From Paraspadella gotoi (Eukaryota > Animalia > Chaetognatha), in NCBI GenBank assembly GCA_051294375.1, contig CM119267.1, positions 10,663,045-10,727,044 of the forward strand: DNA of 64,000 nt. The letters are read 5' to 3'. How positions within the stretch are numbered: position 1 is the stretch's first letter; each line of letters begins with the position of its first letter. The notes under the pieces were generated by a model. It ran no database searches, was not told the origin of the DNA, and was given only the letters and a program-made list of their open reading frames with translations. The position numbers and the translations under genes were made by a program. Of this stretch, positions 21,739 through 57,080 are shown piece by piece.

Positions 21739-24700
21739 TTAACGTCTGGATTTTTTCACAGGGGGCGCATCCTTGTGAGGTGTCATCGAGCGTCTTCCTA
21801 TCGATGTTGCGGTATTCGCCTTTCTACTTCTACCGGAGGTGACCGCCGGAGAGGAGACCGGGGTCGATTCGGCCGCTGGCTGATCGCGGGCAGAGCGTAA
21901 GGCGTTGCTGGTGACACCCAACTCCTTTTCCACCTTGGTCAGCTCCGCTTCGGCTTTCCTGAGTTGCTCCTTTTTATCGACAATGTCGGGCGCTCCATCC
22001 TCCTGCATCTGCGAGTCAATGTCGGCCACGGTCTTTTGATGCGCCACCAATGCCGCTTTGTAGGCGTGTAGGACGTCGATGAGGTTCTGCGTTTCGGCGA
22101 TTTCTGGCGGTGTCGGCTCGCCGAACATGTTCTTCAACTTTTCCGCCGGTGGAGCCCGATTTTGGGATCCGCCGAACTTTCCATTGCTCCGGATCCTCTC
22201 ACCGGTTCTAGTGAGGATCGTGGGACATTGATTAAACTTGACTACCTCTCGACGATATTCGTTGGCTTCGCGCTGGGAGTCCATCAAAATCGTGTCGCCT
22301 AAAATTTGAGCAAAGACCAGGCGGCACTCGTCTTCGTGAACCGGAAACGCGAGACAGTGGCGTGCGTAGACGGGATTTCCGGGCGGCTCGTATCGCGGTC
22401 GATAGCGCACGTGCGGCAACTGCTTATCCCAATCCGGAATTGACCGTCGGTGCATGTTTTCGATCGGAAGTACTTGTTGCTGGCCACGCGAGGCTTCGTG
22501 CACTTTGTTGGCGGCGGCAAGAGTTTTTGTGACAACGCAGTCCATGTCACCGTACATGTGCCAGGACAAAACGCGCGCGACGTCGATTTCGGAAACTTGC
22601 GCGAGGTGGCAGACTTTGCCTATAACGTCGGGCTCATGGGGGGCAGGAGGGATCGGGCATACGCGCCGCTGCCGTTGGCTCAACTCTTGCTTGCGTTGTC
22701 GGGCATGGTTTAAAGTGGCGTCTACTTGGGAGACTTTTTGCAAATCCTTCGGGTGAAGCCGATGGTTTGTTCGCAATTCTTCCCCGATATTTTTCAGTTT
22801 CTCATGTTGATCGCGTTCGGTACTCCGCAAAGTAGCCATCAAATCAGCGGAAGTTTGGAAAAATTCCCTGAAGGTTGCCACCTGTCGATGAAGCTGGTCG
22901 CGCTTTTTGGACAAAGACTGCATCGCCGATTGCTTGGAAGAGTCGTTGTAGAAGATGAACTGAACGTCGAAAGGATCCACGTTCTCAAACTGGCCTCGCC
23001 GTTTCCCGGCAGAATCCTCGAAAAGTTCGCAACGCAGGTAGTAAGGTTGTTCATCTTGACCGGGTGAGTTCTCGGCGATTTGAACTGTCTGTATGTGACA
23101 CTGACCAAGGGTGAATGGAATGGAGAGGAATTTGGTGCCGCCGGCCAATTGAGGAATTCGCTCAGCCTCTTTAGCCGAGGGTTTGGAACCGTCGACCTTG
23201 TGGAGAATAGTCATCACTAGAGTTCCGTTGAGAAACTCGCCGCTCGTGTTGCCGTACTTATCTTCCAAAGAAAGTCGCAAAGACCGGATGATAGTTCGAG
23301 TTGCGGCGCGTTGAGTATTAGAAACAAGCGGCGTTCCGGGAAGCTGGTTAGGCACCAACTTCTCGGGTTCGCCAGGAATAGCGTGAAAGATGGAAGGTTT
23401 GGAAGCGAGGGAGTGATAATTGTCCGCGTATTCTGCGATCATCCGATACTCACCGACTTTTATCGGACACTGAAGGTGCGAGAACTTAAACACGCCGGTT
23501 TTGTTATCCATCGAAGTGGGGTCGTAGACGTCGCAGTCTTTCGGCGGCGCGTTGACGTTTTTCTTAGCCTTGGGGTCCATCAGGTCGACGAGCCACATGC
23601 GCAGCTGCACATCTCGCTTCTTGGCCGTCCGCATTATCCCGCCGTCCTCGGCGTAAATTTTAAGACAAAACTCTGGCAACTTATCACCGACGGCGAAACT
23701 CGGTTGATCCGAATCAACGTCCCACTCTTTGTCCAGCCGCACGGGCTTGCTGGCGTCTAAAGCAATATTGACGGAGAGTTGAGGTCCGGAGATATTCTTC
23801 ATCTGGTTGGTTCCACCCGGACTCCAAGTGGCTTTGGGCTGCAAAACAAAGCTGCCATCACCGGTAACCTTAAAGGGACCGAAAGAAGCCTTTCCATTTT
23901 TAGTCTTTTCTAACTTCGGGGACGGATCGAGTTTCGCACCATCTCCTTCCTTAGTGAGCCTAATGCTAACGCCGGTGTCGGGACAATCGTTGCCCCACTC
24001 GTCTACAAGGCGGCAAACGATTTTGTCTAAAGTTCCTTCGTTGTGTATTTGTTTTGGAATGTCGTTGGTCCAATTTGTCATAATGTCTTTGGGGAGCCCT
24101 GCCTTAACTTCTATTCTGACACTGTTCTCCATTGTTCCCCATCGAAAGCCAAGCTGCTGGTAATATGGGGTGACAGTTCCGGGAGCACAAGCGGACAATT
24201 GGATATCCGAGACCGTGAATGTCATTCCGTCCATGTACTTGACTTCTGCTTGAATAGCGCCGTCGATCTCGAGCCTGTGTTCGTCGGTCGTCTCAAGAGA
24301 GATGCAAGGATTCCCAAAGACGTCGGCGAGAGAGATAAAAATTTCCGCATCGAGCCGCTGACCTCGGCGGACGACAAGGTTATCGCCCTCGGTGGTCACT
24401 TTTATATTCTTCGGGGGTCCGTGGAGGGGCTCGAGCGTGAAGGACAGATCGACGTCGCCAATGGAAATGTTGCAATACTTGCCTTCCTCTCGTACCAAAG
24501 AAGGAACCTTCACGTCGGGCAAGAGACCGCGATACGCCTTGTTGGCTTCAATTTTCGGCTGCCAGTTGACCTTGAGTTTTTCGAGAATACTTTTGGTGAT
24601 TTCAACCTCGCGACCAGCTTCGTCGAGAAGAGAAAAGCAAAGGTCTTTCAACACGGATCCAGCCTGGAGTTTAATCACTTCGCCGTTTTTGACGGGTCGT

Positions 24701-27700
24701 GTTTCATCGTCGTCGTTTTCGCCAGTCATCAATCTACTGACGCGAATGACCGCGATCCGTTTGCTTGGGAAGACGGTGATGATTCGGTCCACGGTCGGCA
24801 CGTCCTTCAGAGTAGGGACGTCGAAACGAACCTTTATTTCCTGTTCCTTCGCCAATTTTTTCAGATTTATGGCGGAACCCTTTAAGTGACCCTTTCCAAG
24901 CTGGGAAACGTCGGTTTTGTAAGGCAAAGGAAGACCAGCTTGACTGCCGCTAAATTTCATCTCCACAGTGAGTTTCTCCTTTTTAGGGACGTTTCTGGTT
25001 ACGTTTCCTGCGACGTCGACGACCTTGACTTCGAACTCGAGAGAAGCCCCGTTCTCGATACGGACGCTCGTTTCTGGGTTAACTACGAGCGATTTGGGAA
25101 GACCTGGTTCGATGCGGATCTTGAGATTTTCGGATTTATTTTTGAAGCCGGCGCTGGCCTCTTCGTCCGGGAGGGAAATCTTTAAGTAAAAGTCGGTGCC
25201 GGTAAGGTTGACCACTGGACCCTTAGCGATGATGCCTCGCATTTGAAGGCTCATTGACTTAAAGACAACATCGTCGTAGGTGATTTCTAAACCTTCGGCT
25301 GAGATCTCCGGTTTTAGATCTTTCGGTGGCTTCGTCGGATGGCGTTTTTCGTCGGTGAATTCGAGCGGAATAGTGAACGGCGATCCGATGCGGAAGGGTC
25401 CGTCAAGTTGGCCGATGTTGAATCGGACAGGATCGCCTTCTGTAACTTGAAATTTGATCCGGTGGGATGGAAAGGGGCGACCGTTGAAGGAAGTGCAGGT
25501 TGCGTCACCGAGACAAACCTGTGTTGTAAACAAGTTTGAGCAAACAATGCCGGATCTGCCCACGATCATTAGCGGTAAGCAGCTGATCCGATAATTAATT
25601 AATTAATATTATTTTTTTTATTCGTGTCAAAATCGTTTTCCACTTTGTCTCGCCTCTCAATCACAAAACAACAATCTCGATCACAAAAGTAATTAATTAA
25701 TTAATTAAAAATAAAAAATAATTAATTAATTACTTATTTATAATGCAGCTTGAATTTACATTTAATATAAAAATAAAAAAGCATAATAAAATGGTGAAAT
25801 AGATTGTTTTTTACATTTTAACTCATTTCCACTCGGACGATTCAATCGAAACTTGATTTCCAGCTCAATCACACACTTTCCTACCCACACACAAAATTTC
25901 ATTCCAATCCATCCAATAAATCACGAATAATTGGTGTTTTTTGCTATGGGACGGACGGACAGACAGACAAACATTTTTTTGCATAATTTATCATAATTCG
26001 ATGTTATGACAAGATTGGGGGGCGAACCGACAAAGTGAATTATAGATGTAAGCAGATCCGGCTAAAAATCAATGTGAATAAATTTATTTCATTCGTTATT
26101 TCAATAAATTTGGTCTCAGGAATCCATCGTCTGTTTTCGTCGTTGAAAGTAAAAACCATCAAAATATTGTTTAAATAGTTATTAATAATTTACAAGGAAA
26201 AAACTTTTCGTATAGAAATTTAAATAATAATCTTTTTTGGATAAATACTATAAAACAGTTTTAAATATATACCTATTGTAGTACAAGAAACTTAAAATGT
26301 ACTACGGTAAAAGTTATTATTTGGACTCGCCTGAAGTTCTAGGGTGTATGAGCCCATGTCCTTAACAGGATTGTCAATTCTTCGGAACCAATAAGGCCAC
26401 TTAGTTGCGTGCGACGCGAGGTGATTGGTGACGACGTGATCCCCGGAGTTCCCATGCTTGATAATGTTTAGCCTAACGTATAACTTCTTAGAAGAGCCTG
26501 AACCAGGCATCTTGCTAATAGCTTCGTTGTTTTTGTTAAGAATCTCACATTTGATAGCGCCAATGACACAACGCCCATATTTGCGTTTCATCCCATTAGT
26601 GAGCTCGTCTCCCTCCGGCCATTCAACAATGAGAATGTCGGGGAGCTTGTTTTCTTCTTGGATAACATGAGCCTGGACTTGACTCTCACTGCAAAACTTG
26701 TCCAAGCGGTGAATCTGGAAAACTCGGAGAGGATCCTCACCAAAGAGCGAGGAAGGGAGCTGCTCCAATTCCACCTCGCCCCCGGTGGCGAAGATGTCGC
26801 CCTTAGATTCGTTGCTGGCGTAGAGCAGGAATCGTTTGATCTTCCCGTAAAATGCGGGAGTGGAACGAAGAATGTGAACCCAATCGCCCTGCTTAAAAGT
26901 GATTTTGTCCCAATGAATTCGTTTAAAGACGGACCATGGATGGGCTTTTCCTTTTGGGACGTCCTTTCTCGTTGTCTCTTCGACAAAGTTCATAAATTTA
27001 ATCTGCTTGTCATAAGTCTCGTGGCAGGCCTTGATCCAGGCGTTGAAGTCCTTTCCGATGTCAACCGTCCGCTTAGGAAGACCCCCGGCGACGTCAATGC
27101 ATGAAAACGTGGTGGCGTTTTTGTCTTTGAGTTTGTTCTCTAAATCCATGAAGGTAAGCTTATTGGTGGAAACTTGAAAGGTGCTGTCGCAAAAAAGGAC
27201 GCCGCTTATTCGATTGTAACACTCCTTTGGAATCGTATCGCTCTTGCGTTTTGGGAGAGAACACCAGTCGAATTCGTCGATGCACGTGTATGGAATGAGA
27301 CGTCCGTTCCAGTAAGTTTCGAATATGGGGCGTTTTCCCCGAGCCGGCCGTCCGTCCATGTTGATCTCCTCTACATCCGAATCAGGATCTGGCGGAGTAT
27401 GGAGCGACGATTCTGTATCCGGGGGATAGGTTTCTCGCGTGAACAGAAACGGGTGATACCTTAAAAATAAACAATTCATAGTTATTTTTCGACATAAATT
27501 TACTACTACTGTAGTAGTACTACTTCATCCCTGCCTAAAATTTAGTCAAATGCTTGGATTAAAAATTTTGTTCTTTTCAATTGTGCATTTTCATTATCTT
27601 TCTCTCCTTCATTTAAAATCATTCTTTCAGTTAATTTTGTAAAAAACAAGTTTGACCAAACAATGTCGGATCTGCCTACGATAATTAAGCGGTAATAAGC

Positions 27701-30700
27701 TAATCCGATGATCTTAACAGATCGTAACATAACAAATCTGGTATAATTTGATCAACTTGCATAATTTAATCAACATGCATTATTTAGTCAACTGGCATAA
27801 TTTGGTCAACTGGGATAATTTGGTCAACTTGCTTAATTTGGTCAACTGACATAATTTACTCAACTGGCATAATGTGCTCAACTTGCTTAGTTAGTTCAAC
27901 TAGCATAATATGGTCAACTGACGTATAATTTTCTCAACTCGCATAATTTGGACAGCCGGCATAATTTAGTGAATTTGCAGAATTTGTTTATCTGGCATAA
28001 TTTGATCAATCAATCATCAATCAGAGAAAGAGAGAAACTTTTAAAAAATCAAATAAATGTATCTTTTGGTTTTCTATTTTAAACTTTTTTCCACTCCTAT
28101 GATTCAATCAAAAATTTATATCCAGCTTAATCACATACTTTCCTACCTACATATAAAATTTAAATCCAATTTTTAATGAATATAATAATTATGAGTAAAT
28201 ATAAGTAAATATGAATGTTTTTTTCCATTTAAACTCATTTGCACTTGTACGATTCCATTGAAACTTTATATCCAACTCAATCACACAGTTTCTTACCCAT
28301 ACACAAAATTTTATTTCAATCCATCAATCCAATCACGAGTAATTGGAGTTTAATGCTAAGGTGGGACAAACAGACAGACATTTTTTTGGCATAATTTATT
28401 ATTATTAAATATTCTGATATGATAAAAATGATTTACCGACAGACCGACAAAGTGAATTATAGAGTCGGAATCTGCGATAAGCAGTTCAGACTAAAAATTA
28501 TGGACGAAGAAAAAAAACACATAATTCTGTTCATATAAATACTAATTTTTCAAGTTAAAATAATAAAGAAACTAACCTTAACTCTCCTTCACAAGTACCG
28601 ATGCCATCTACGACAGACTTGAACTTGAAAGTGGAGGCAGCGCTTCGAATGCAGTTTGTCTGGTGATCGTTATCCACCGTCCTCAGGTCTATCGTTTCGA
28701 TGGTGCGAATCTTGGACTGAATCCTGACTCGGATGGTGAGGTCCTGCATGGAGGAGGGCGGGGAATCCGCAGCCGACTCTTCTTTGAGTACATTGCCCGC
28801 GGGACCGTGGATGTAGTAGTGGTATATATGGGCGAGTTGCAGGCAGAGGCGACGAAAGTTGCTCTTCAGGTCTTTAATATGATACTCGTGAACCCCTTGA
28901 CAAACGACGGCCGTGAAGTTTTGCTTCCGCGGCTCCTCTTGGACCAATTGCTTTAGATAGTGCTCCTCCGGTCCCAGGTGGGATCCATCGCCCGGCTTCC
29001 GGTTGTGGATGTAGTCGGTATAGATGGCCTCGTGATGTGCCTCTCGGCGCTCGAACTCGTCCTTCGATATGCAGAGTTCGTGAATGTCCTTAAAAATCGT
29101 AAAGAACGCTTCGTGTGAAATTTAATTCGTATCGGAAAACTATCACAGGGTCAACCGGGGCGGCTGGATTTAATCTTTACAACCTTGGAATCCTTGGTTT
29201 TGGTAATCATACGGACGGCCTCCCCGATGAAAAAGACTGCCTGCTTTCCGCCGACACCAAAGAATGAAATATCGCTGTTGAGCGACCTGGTAACGTGTGA
29301 AGAATCTTTCCCGTTAGGCATAGAACTTCCGTTGAGGCCGTGGAAGTGATTCCCGCTCGTCTTTCCACCTGGCGCTAACTTTTTCGAATATTTTTCGTTC
29401 CGTCTCTCCTTTGAAAAGCGGTAGATGGCCCAGGCGTTTAGTTCGCGAGTGTTCATTCCGGAGCCGTTATCTATCACTGCCAAGTAGCTGTTCTTGTCGT
29501 CCAAAGTGATGACAACCTCGATTTCCCGTGCCTCGACGTTGTTTTTGGTGGCACCGAGCGCGTTGTCAATTAACTCGGCGACTGCGTAGGGAAGAGGATT
29601 AATGCCTCCCGAGGCGTAATACTCGTACATCCCGCTCTTAACGATGGTGTCGAAGTGAGGGATGTATTGGATCTTCTCCTTGGCCGGGGCTGACAATTCT
29701 TGGTCAATAGAGCTGAGAATGTACAGCGTGTCTCCAGGATTAAGAAACTTGTCGTAGGAATCATCGTCTTTGACCCACTCGCGAGAGGTTGAGGAGATGA
29801 CAAACTTTTCCGAAAGATCGAAGTGAGCGCGAACCAGATTTAAGAATCTGACGGGGAAAGAAAAATAATTTGTACGAAACTTAATTTTACTGCATGGTGC
29901 ATTTTTTGTATTACACTGCGGCGCAAAAAAAAGAAGACACTACTTTCACACCGAAAAAACAATATTGGATGGATGGATGAATTTCACTGAGATATAGAAA
30001 CCTAAAACAAAGCTTATTAAAAGATAAAGCGATTGGACCAAGTCCCATTAAAATCGATTAAAGCGTCAGAAATATATAAGACGTAAAAGTCGATTGGTAC
30101 AAAACATCTGACGAGAATAAATTAATTTTAATCTAAAAGAGTCTCTGACTTTTCCTTATTATAATATATTTATAATATGAAATTAGCTGAACAAATTCAG
30201 TATCAAATATCTGTAGGGATAGGTGACAACCATTTTCAACCTAAACAAAATTAAAATAAGTAAGGAAACTATATAGAAAACAATCTTTTAAAAATAAAGA
30301 AAAAGTAGTTGAGTGATACCTTACCCAAGGTTAATTTCAAAGCTTTTTCACATCAAAGTTTTTTCCTTATGGCATCTCGTGTTAAAGCAGACTAATATAA
30401 ACTCTTACAATTATATTAAAATCATTTTTTTGATTTTTATCATAAAATTATATTTTGATTTTGAAATAATTGTTAAAAAATTGATGTTTTTCAATTTTTA
30501 TTATTAAAATGACATATTTAGCAGCAATTAATAAAATATTTTTATAAAAAAGTAATACAAATTTATTGTTAACCCTTTTATATTTTTAATTCCATTATGA
30601 TTTTGTTAATTCTATATTGTAAACATCAGTCAGAAAAAAAAGTGTCAGCAATACAAACCTTTGAAAATCACTTTTTCCCCCCCCAATTCCATTTTGAGAC

Positions 30701-31209
30701 TTTATATTCTACTTCCTGAACCAATTCAAGTTTTTTTGCACCAATCGATAGCTCTTTAAATGAGCTATACTTTTCATATATATATATATTTCTTAAAATT
30801 AAAAAAGAAATAGTGGAGTATTTTAAGCTACCTAGTGTCTTCTTTTTTTTTGCGCCGCAGTGTATTACAAAATTACTACGTAATATTGTAGAAAACAAAT
30901 GGGGAGTTAGATTTCCGGGTAAGATATTAAGTAAGATTTCTACGTAATTAGTAGTAAAATATTGACAGTATCAAATTTTTTCTTGATTATAAATTCTCAT
31001 TTATATGAAAAAAATAAAATTAAGAATCCACAATAAAAACCTCAAAAGTTTCACCGATCACGAATGTAAACTTACTCGGCGTAAGTGAAGACACCTCCAA
31101 CGGAGATCTTTTTTGGAGGATTCTCCCCTTTTCGTCGATCGTACACAAAGACATGGGGATCTTCGACTCTGTCCTCCTCCGACTTGAGAAAGGAGTGATT
31201 CGACGCCAT
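21739..31209 (-). CDS. SMCHD1: SMCHD1 (GHKL ATPase plus SMC hinge), 5 exons (31209-31076, 29847-29184, 29088-28577, 27459-26331, 25518-21739), about 2072 aa
   Basis: HFDTIVKSGMYEYYAS, LPYAVAELIDNAL, VIDNGSGM, SDISFFGVGGKQAVFFIG, YWNGRLIPY and FQVSTNKLTF; hinge region ARVLSWHM...DMDCVVT and CPTILTRTGERIRSNGKFGG. Exon lengths sum to 6219 nt, in frame. An extra upstream exon starting at ATG 31289 is possible. Confidence 0.93.
25528..26068 (-). mobile_element. Non-autonomous Helentron-type element (HINE/DINE-1-like), copy A, in SMCHD1 intron 4
   Basis: 11-bp subterminal inverted repeats gccggatctgc (25549-25559) and gcagatccggc (26052-26062); (GACG)n(GACA)n microsatellite near 25950; A-tract ends; both ends similar to the copy at 27641-28497. 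Confidence 0.78.
27641..28497 (-). mobile_element. HINE/DINE-1-like element, copy B, with an internal minisatellite and duplicated core, in SMCHD1 intron 3
   Basis: Same termini as copy A (aacaagtttga.caaacaatg.cggatctgcc and acaaagtgaattataga); terminal hairpin agtcggaatctgc-gataa-gcagttcagact; GACA microsatellite; two diverged core repeats near 28080 and 28230. Confidence 0.75.
27743..28010. repeat. Minisatellite, ~19-20-bp unit (GCATAATTTGGTCAACTG-like), roughly 14 diverged copies
   Basis: Repeated cataattt(g/a)gtcaact seen directly. Confidence 0.9.
29914..30862. mobile_element. Tc1/mariner-type MITE, non-coding, in SMCHD1 intron 1
   Basis: ~29-bp TIRs CACTGCGGCGCAAAAAAAAGAAGACACTA and TAGTGTCTTCTTTTTTTTTGCGCCGCAGTG, flanked by TA at 29912-29913 and 30863-30864; no transposase ORF. 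Confidence 0.9.
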
Positions 31210-31398
31210 TTCTTTCATAAAAAAATATGTCCAAAGCGGTTGACGCAAAGTCAAACCTTACCCCCGTACAAATCACAGAGGGCGACCATTGCTAAACGAC
31301 GAAACGAAACAAAAAACCTAAAAAAAAAACAGGGCATCCATCAAAGCGAAGAGTATTAGGGAAAGAAACGTAAAAAAAAATATCAAAAATTAGGGCGG

Positions 31399-32403
31399 TC
31401 AGCAAAGATCTCCCAAAAAGTCAACGACGTCGGCCAACTCGCGGTGTTTGGCCTGCTCGTGCGCCCATCGCGCTTCGGCGACTTCGGGAGACGCGTTCCA
31501 TTTTTCGTGGAAGATCCGTTTGGCGCAGTCGGGGCATTTCTTCCCGCCGTCGAAGGGAGGAGTCTTCATGTAGACGTCGAGGCACGCGTGGTGAAACAAG
31601 TGGCCGCAGTAAACTTTTTCCACGTAGAGATCGGCCGAAGAATCAGTGAAAAGGTCGGCGGGGTCGTCGGGAAAAGAGCGTTGATGACAGAGCGGACACG
31701 TGGCAACCGGCATCCGCTTGAGACTGTCTCGGACGAGGAAGTTGACGACGGGCGTGATGGAGGGACGGGGCTCCCAAGTCTTGGCCTTTTTGGCGTTAAG
31801 CGGAGGTTGGACGCAACGACGAGCAATCTCTTTTGACTGCGCCAAAAAATACAAACGCATCTCCGGGGGAAAGCTGTTGCCTTTTTCTTCGATCGTCACC
31901 GTGTCGACAGGGTATTTATCGGGAACGCCGATTTTGTAGTGAAATCGGTATTTTCCTTGGGAAGCTTTAATGACTAAACAACTGTCTTTCTGTCGTAATT
32001 TAATCTCGTCGGTTTCGTCCAAAACGTCCCGCTTTAGGTCGTTTATTTCTCTACTGCAGCAGCAGAGAGGATTTTGATCAATGAAAGTTCTGATAAATTT
32101 CAGCATGGGGATAACTTGTTTTTGTCCCTTCAGCTTTCGCGCCTCGGCGTCGCATACTCGGGTGAGTCCGTCCAACAGTTTGGTGTCCAACGTTTTGCTC
32201 TTCAGTTCCAAAATAATTGCTTCGTTCGGGTAGCCGTCGGGGGGAAACTGGAGGCAGACGTCCAGGGATTTTTGCTCAGTCCGAGAAATATTGACGCGGA
32301 TGTGAGCGCGGACGCACGTGACGAGCAGGCAGCCTTCCACCTCCGATTCCACGTTTTCTTTGATCTCGGTTAGTTCGATGGCGATCACAGTTTCGTCGGA
32401 CAT
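31399..32403 (-). CDS. Uncharacterised RWD-like plus RING-H2 protein, putative E3 ligase, single exon, 334 aa
   Basis: RWD-like motifs QFPPDGYPNE and VPDKYPVD; RING-H2 pattern CPLC...CGHLFHHAC...CPDC; GC-rich coding-like composition. Confidence 0.75.
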   Translation of the reverse strand: MSDETVIAIELTEIKENVESEVEGCLLVTCVRAHIRVNISRTEQKSLDVCLQFPPDGYPNEAIILELKSKTLDTKLLDGLTRVCDAEARKLKGQKQVIPMLKFIRTFIDQNPLCCCSREINDLKRDVLDETDEIKLRQKDSCLVIKASQGKYRFHYKIGVPDKYPVDTVTIEEKGNSFPPEMRLYFLAQSKEIARRCVQPPLNAKKAKTWEPRPSITPVVNFLVRDSLKRMPVATCPLCHQRSFPDDPADLFTDSSADLYVEKVYCGHLFHHACLDVYMKTPPFDGGKKCPDCAKRIFHEKWNASPEVAEARWAHEQAKHRELADVVDFLGDLC

Positions 32404-32903
32404 TATTCTTTATTTTTTTACTTTTTTACGAGGGCAGTCGAAAGCAATATTACGAACAAATCTGTCTTAAAAGCCAAAGCAATATATATATGAAAAGTTT
32501 AAAGCTTTTTGTATATAAAATTGAACTAATCACCACAGAAAATAAAAATTATAATAAAACTGAACGGTTAAACCTAGTAGGGGAAAATCGCTTTGCTGTT
32601 TTTACATGGAGCAGTTCGATGCTACTCAATGAGACATTTTTAAGTTATTCAATAAATGTGCTTCAAAAAGGAAGTATCGAAAACTAAAAAATGTAAAATT
32701 TTAAAACTGCGGTATGGAATAAAATTAAGTTTTAATGCGTAGCGTAACAAACATCTAGGAAAGTCAAAAAAAATTGTGTTTTATAAAATAGGAAGCGGAG
32801 AATATGGAACGAAGACTAGTAAAATAAAAAAGTTTAATTTCGTGATTAACTAAAAACCCCATGTTTGCACGTAAATAATCTTTCGTTGATTAAATATCAC
32901 AAA

Positions 32904-54937
<22,034 letters not shown>

Positions 54938-56138
54938 TCTTTATAAATTACGTTATTTCAGTCGATGACGCTATTTAACTATTTATTATATATAACTGTG
55001 TAAAGGGTATCAAAATAAAACAAAAGCATCAAAATCAAATATTTTCAGCAAGAAGCGAAAAATCATTTCCTAACCCGTCCCACCCTCGGATGCGGAGAAA
55101 AAAAATTGACTTGATTAAGTAACAAAAAATAGGGAAACGCAGGAAATATCGAGGTCTGACTATATCCTCCGTTTCTGAAACCACGAAATCTAAAACTACG
55201 TACGCAAATCTCGGTTTTTCTTTCGAGAAATTAAATGTTATGAAAAACAGACTGGTAACGCGACAGAAAATAGAGGATATAACTGGGTGACATTCATATT
55301 AAAAATGTTTACAACTCGCTAAAAATTATAGTGACAAAAATGAAACTAGTGGTCGAAATAAACAGGGAGAAAAACCATGTTTTTATTTCTAGGGCAAGAC
55401 GAGCTGCAAAGAAACCCAATTGGAAAACGCAATGTACTAAAAAGGCATTAAAATAATACAAATTAATCCTAATTTCCTCACTCGCTTCAAACATACGCTA
55501 AACAACCATTATTGGCAAATAAAAACATAAACCAAGTCAAATTTTGTAGATCGTTAAATCGGTTAATTCATGCAGCAAGTGCCAGTGATAGAGCTGCTAA
55601 AGAAAAAAGAAAGCTTAAGACAAAATTGAGCACGTAAAAAAATGTAATCCATTTACAGTTCGAGAAAGGTCAATTTTCATCTAGAACATGATTCAGTTAA
55701 AAATTACAAAAGCCACTTCTTGATACTGAAGAACAAAAATGTTTAAAATTGCTTAGAACAATGTATTATGTACACGCCATACCATATTTCACCATAATTC
55801 GGCAACAACATCCACAGAAAAAGTACCATTTATTCAAGGTTATTTCATTAATAAATTGAATTGAATACGTAACTTTAAACTTTAAACTTGTTCACCGGAA
55901 ATTATACTATCACGACAATTTAGCTATTTCCTGGATGTTTTCATCAATTCCAATCAACATACATTAAGGAACATACATGTATTTGACCATTAGAATAAAG
56001 AAAAGTGCCCTTAAAAAATAAGAAACTTTGAATTTCGAAAAGAAATTTACAAGTATTACTCGTGGTTAATAGGTGCGATTAATGGGGAAAAACGCTAGCA
56101 GAAGAATAAAAGACGAGCAAACGTGAATTTTGGGGATA

Positions 56139-56179
56139 AGTGACAAGATTAAGTCGAAAGTGACAAGATTAAGTCGAAA
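56139..56179. repeat. 20-bp tandem duplication in the Ras 3' UTR region
   Basis: agtgacaagattaagtcgaa occurs twice in tandem. Confidence 0.85.
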
Positions 56180-56220
56180 CATTGCACAAAGATTCATGAC
56201 GTTTGGCAGGGGGAAAGGGT

Positions 56221-57080
<860 letters not shown>

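Noticed and set aside
27743-28010. Regularly spaced short repeats resembling a CRISPR array
   Set aside because: Units are contiguous with no unique spacers, there are no cas genes, and the context is a eukaryotic intron.
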